The notes beneath the pieces are model-generated. The model worked only from the letters and a program-made list of their open reading frames with translations. It had not been told where the DNA came from and searched no databases. A stretch of 64,000 nucleotides of DNA from Antechinus flavipes (Eukaryota): assembly GCF_016432865.1 (NCBI RefSeq), contig NC_067399.1, forward strand, positions 578,274,001 to 578,338,000, written 5' to 3'. A program made the position numbers and the translations under genes. Of the stretch, positions 60,920 to 64,000 are shown piece after piece (position 1 is the first letter of the stretch; every line of letters starts with the position of its first letter).

Positions 60920-62450
60920 CTAAAAGAGGAGAAGGTAAGGGCATTAAAGGCTAAGGTCCATTCTCATTCCTCCTGTCTCAAGAGCCCATTAAGAATTGAG
61001 AAATTATTTTTTTAAAAAGAATTGATAAATTATTTAACTGGTTGTATTCAGAGATATTTTGACTATAGAAAAGGGCTACTAATATTTCTAATGAGGATGG
61101 GAAGGTAGGAGCTGCTTTAGTCACAATAACCATACTGCTTAGGGAAAGAAAGGGTCTTCAGATTACCTATTTGTTTGGGGTACCTCCTAGTCAGGAAAGC
61201 CACTTCAGCAGCAGCAGCAATAAGTCTGAAGTTTTTATCTCCAAAAGTTCATTTTGATTAATGTACAAGAGAAATCAAAATAAAATCAGGGCCTAGCTTT
61301 TGTTAGTCTCTACTCCTATATTTTGGAATTTTAAGTCCGATCCCATGGTTTCCATACAAGCAATAAGGAATTATGTTCATTTAAGTCAATTTAGTTAGCA
61401 CCTATGATATCTATACAGAGTTTTACTCCACTGCCTTATTGTGGTAAAAGATCAGTAATCTTAGATTCTATAGTCTATAAAACACAAGTTCTGCTAGGTT
61501 TTTAACCACGATGGAGAAATTTCGAGCATGGTCCAGGCAATAACTTAACTTTCCAAGGATTAGCCTGAGTAGAGAGTCTCCATACTATAAGCTGTCATTT
61601 GGTGGATGAATACCAAATACCCCTTAGTCCTGTGGGCCTCTCTCCTAGTTGCAGGGATGAGGTCAAAGTTCCTCAAAAAAGGAACTAAGGAGAACTATGA
61701 ATCATGTTTTTTTAGACCACCATTAAACATTAACTTAGCCATTAGTTGTCTCTATATGAAATCCTGATCCAGTAAACAACAAACATGCAACAGGAGGAAC
61801 TGACATCAACCTTGATATTTTTTCTATAAATGAAAACACAACACCAAAAAAAAAAAAAAGAAAAGAAAAAAAAGTGGAGAGAGGAAAAGAGAAGGGCACA
61901 GATTAGAACTATTAAAAAAATTTCAACAATGTAAAACAACTGCCATCATGAGAAGATTTTGGCCAATAAGCTCCTGTTCTCCTTTGCCAAAGTTATCCCA
62001 AGAACACTTAAGGATGTAACTAGAAGGATAACAAATAGATGAAAAAGCATAAAAATAAACGTTTCACCATCAAGAATGGAACCATGATGTACAAATTCTA
62101 TCATCATAATACATACTATGCTATCCAAGGAAATGGAAGCAGTGCAGAAATCAAAAATAGGAAAGACAGCTAGGAATGATCAAAGTTATACAGAGAAGGG
62201 TTGTGTTTAAGGGAACATAAATGAAGGAATAAACCAAAGATGTGGGGAAACAAAGTCAATCAAGAGAATAGCAATAACTACAGACTCCTTTGCCTATTTT
62301 CCTACCTGTGTAAGAATTTTGTAAAAATAATTTGGATGGACATCAAGTACCTCCTTGGAGAAAGTATAAGAAGGAGATAGATAGGTTTTGACCATTTGTT
62401 TTACAAATGAAATTCACCTAGAACTTTGACTCTTTAGAAACAAAATAATG

Positions 62451-62581
62451 GGGGCAACTAGGTGGTGCAATGGGTAGAGCACCAGCCCTGAAGTCAGGAG
62501 AACCTGAGTTCAAATCTGTCTCAGACACTTAACACTTCCTAACTGTCTGATCTGGGGCAAGTCACTTAACCCCAATTACCT

Positions 62582-62611
<30 letters not shown>
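62451..62611 (+). mobile_element. WSINE1-like SINE with long A tail and perfect 15-bp TSD
   Basis: TSD agaaacaaaataatg at 62436-62450 and 62612-62626. Confidence 0.95.
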
Positions 62612-62612
<1 letters not shown>

Positions 62613-62729
62613 GAAACAAAATAATGTTTTAAGATTCCAAACCATACAACATCATTTAGAGAATGTTTGTATTTTTTTTAAGTCTAAAATTAAGGGTTGC
62701 CTAAGAATTGTTAGAAGTACTGCACAATT

Positions 62730-64000
62730 ACCTAGGAAAAATAACAACAAAGTTCATATGGAAAAACAAAAGGTCAAGAATTTCAAGGGAATTAATGAAA
62801 AAAAAATCAAATGAAGGTGGCCTAGCTGTACCAGATCTAAAATTATATTACAAAGCAGCAGTTACTAAAACCATCTGGTATTGGCTAAGAAATAGACTAG
62901 TTGATCAATGGAATAGGTTAGGTTCAAAGGACAAAACAGCCAATAACTTTAACAATCTAGTGTTTGACAAATCCAAAGACCCCAGTTTTGGGGATAAGAA
63001 TGCATTATTTGACAAAAATTGCTGGGAAAATTGGAAATTAGTATGGCAGAAACTAGGCATTGACCCACACTTAACACTATACACCAAGATAAGGTCAAAA
63101 TGGGTTCATGGCCTAGACATAAAGAATGAGATTATAAATAAATTGGAAGAGCATAGGATAGTTTACCTCTCAGACCTGTGGAAGAGGAAGGAATTTATGA
63201 CCAAAGAAGAACTAGAGATCACTATTGACCACAAAATAGAAAATTTTGATTATATCAAATTGAAAAGTTTTTGTACAAACAAAACTAATGCAGACAAGAT
63301 TAGAAGGGAAAGAATAAACTGGGAAAACATTTTTACAATCAAAGGTTCTGATAAAGGCCTCATTTCCAAAATATATAGAGAATTGACTCTATAAGAAATC
63401 AAGCCATTCTCCAATTGATAAATGATCAAAGGATATGAACAGACAATTCTCAGATGAAGAAATTAAAACTATTTATAGACATATGAAAATATGCTCCAAA
63501 TCAGAGAAATACAAATTAAGACAACTCTGAGATATCACTACACACCTGTCAGATTGGCTAGAATGACAGGGAAAGATAATGCGGAATGTTGGAGGGGATG
63601 TGGGAAAACAGGGACACTGATACATTGTTGGTGGAATTGTGAACACATCCAGCCATTCTGGAGAGCAATTTGGAACTATGCTCAAAAAGTTATCAAACTG
63701 TGCATACCCTTTGATCCAGCAGTGTTTCTACTGGGCTTATACCCCAAAGAGATACTAAAGAAGGGAAAGGGACCTGTATGTGCCAAAATGTTTGTGGCAG
63801 CCCTGTTTGTAGTGGCTAGAAGCTGGAAAATGAATGGATGCCCATCAATTGGAAAATGGCTGGGTAAATTGTGGTATATGAATGTTATGGAATATTATTG
63901 TTCTGTAAGAAATGACCAGCAGGATAAATACAGAGAGGCTTGGAGAAACTTACATGAACTGATGCTAAATGAAATGAGCAGAACCAGGAGATCATTATAT
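62730..64000 (+). mobile_element. 5'-truncated L1 ORF2 3' region (runs off the window), antisense in the ZSCAN2 intron
   Basis: KFIWKNKRSRISRELMKKKSNEGGLAVPDLKLYYKAAVTKTIWYWLRNR...DKGLISKIYRELT is L1 ORF2. Frameshifted after ~63390. Confidence 0.97.

Overview
Eukaryotic, AT-rich, CpG-poor, repeat-rich DNA. The SINEs (WSINE1/MAR1 type), L1 3' UTRs and RTE fragment point to an Australian marsupial, probably a dasyurid. The gene order matches human 15q25.2: NMB (+, 3 exons, 5454-11019), WDR73 (+, 8 exons, 12556-21292), an intact intronless HYI retrocopy (-, 27470-28330), an orphan ETS-rich CpG island (~30.4-31.0 kb), a SCAN-KRAB(degenerate)-2xMyb/SANT-9xC2H2 gene (-, 35247-44839), and the 3' part of ZSCAN2 (-, 14-finger last exon 51258-52696 plus two upstream linker/KRAB-like exons at 60.3-60.9 kb). 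The SCAN/Myb gene sits where human has the pseudogene SCAND2P and has a ZSCAN20-like C-terminus. Its last exon has an apparent 1-bp frameshift just before the fingers. The rest is transposon debris (L1, L2, MIR, WSINE1, MAR1, RTE, hAT and mariner MITEs), microsatellites and a 132-bp N gap. Comparisons with human proteins are from memory and need checking by alignment.
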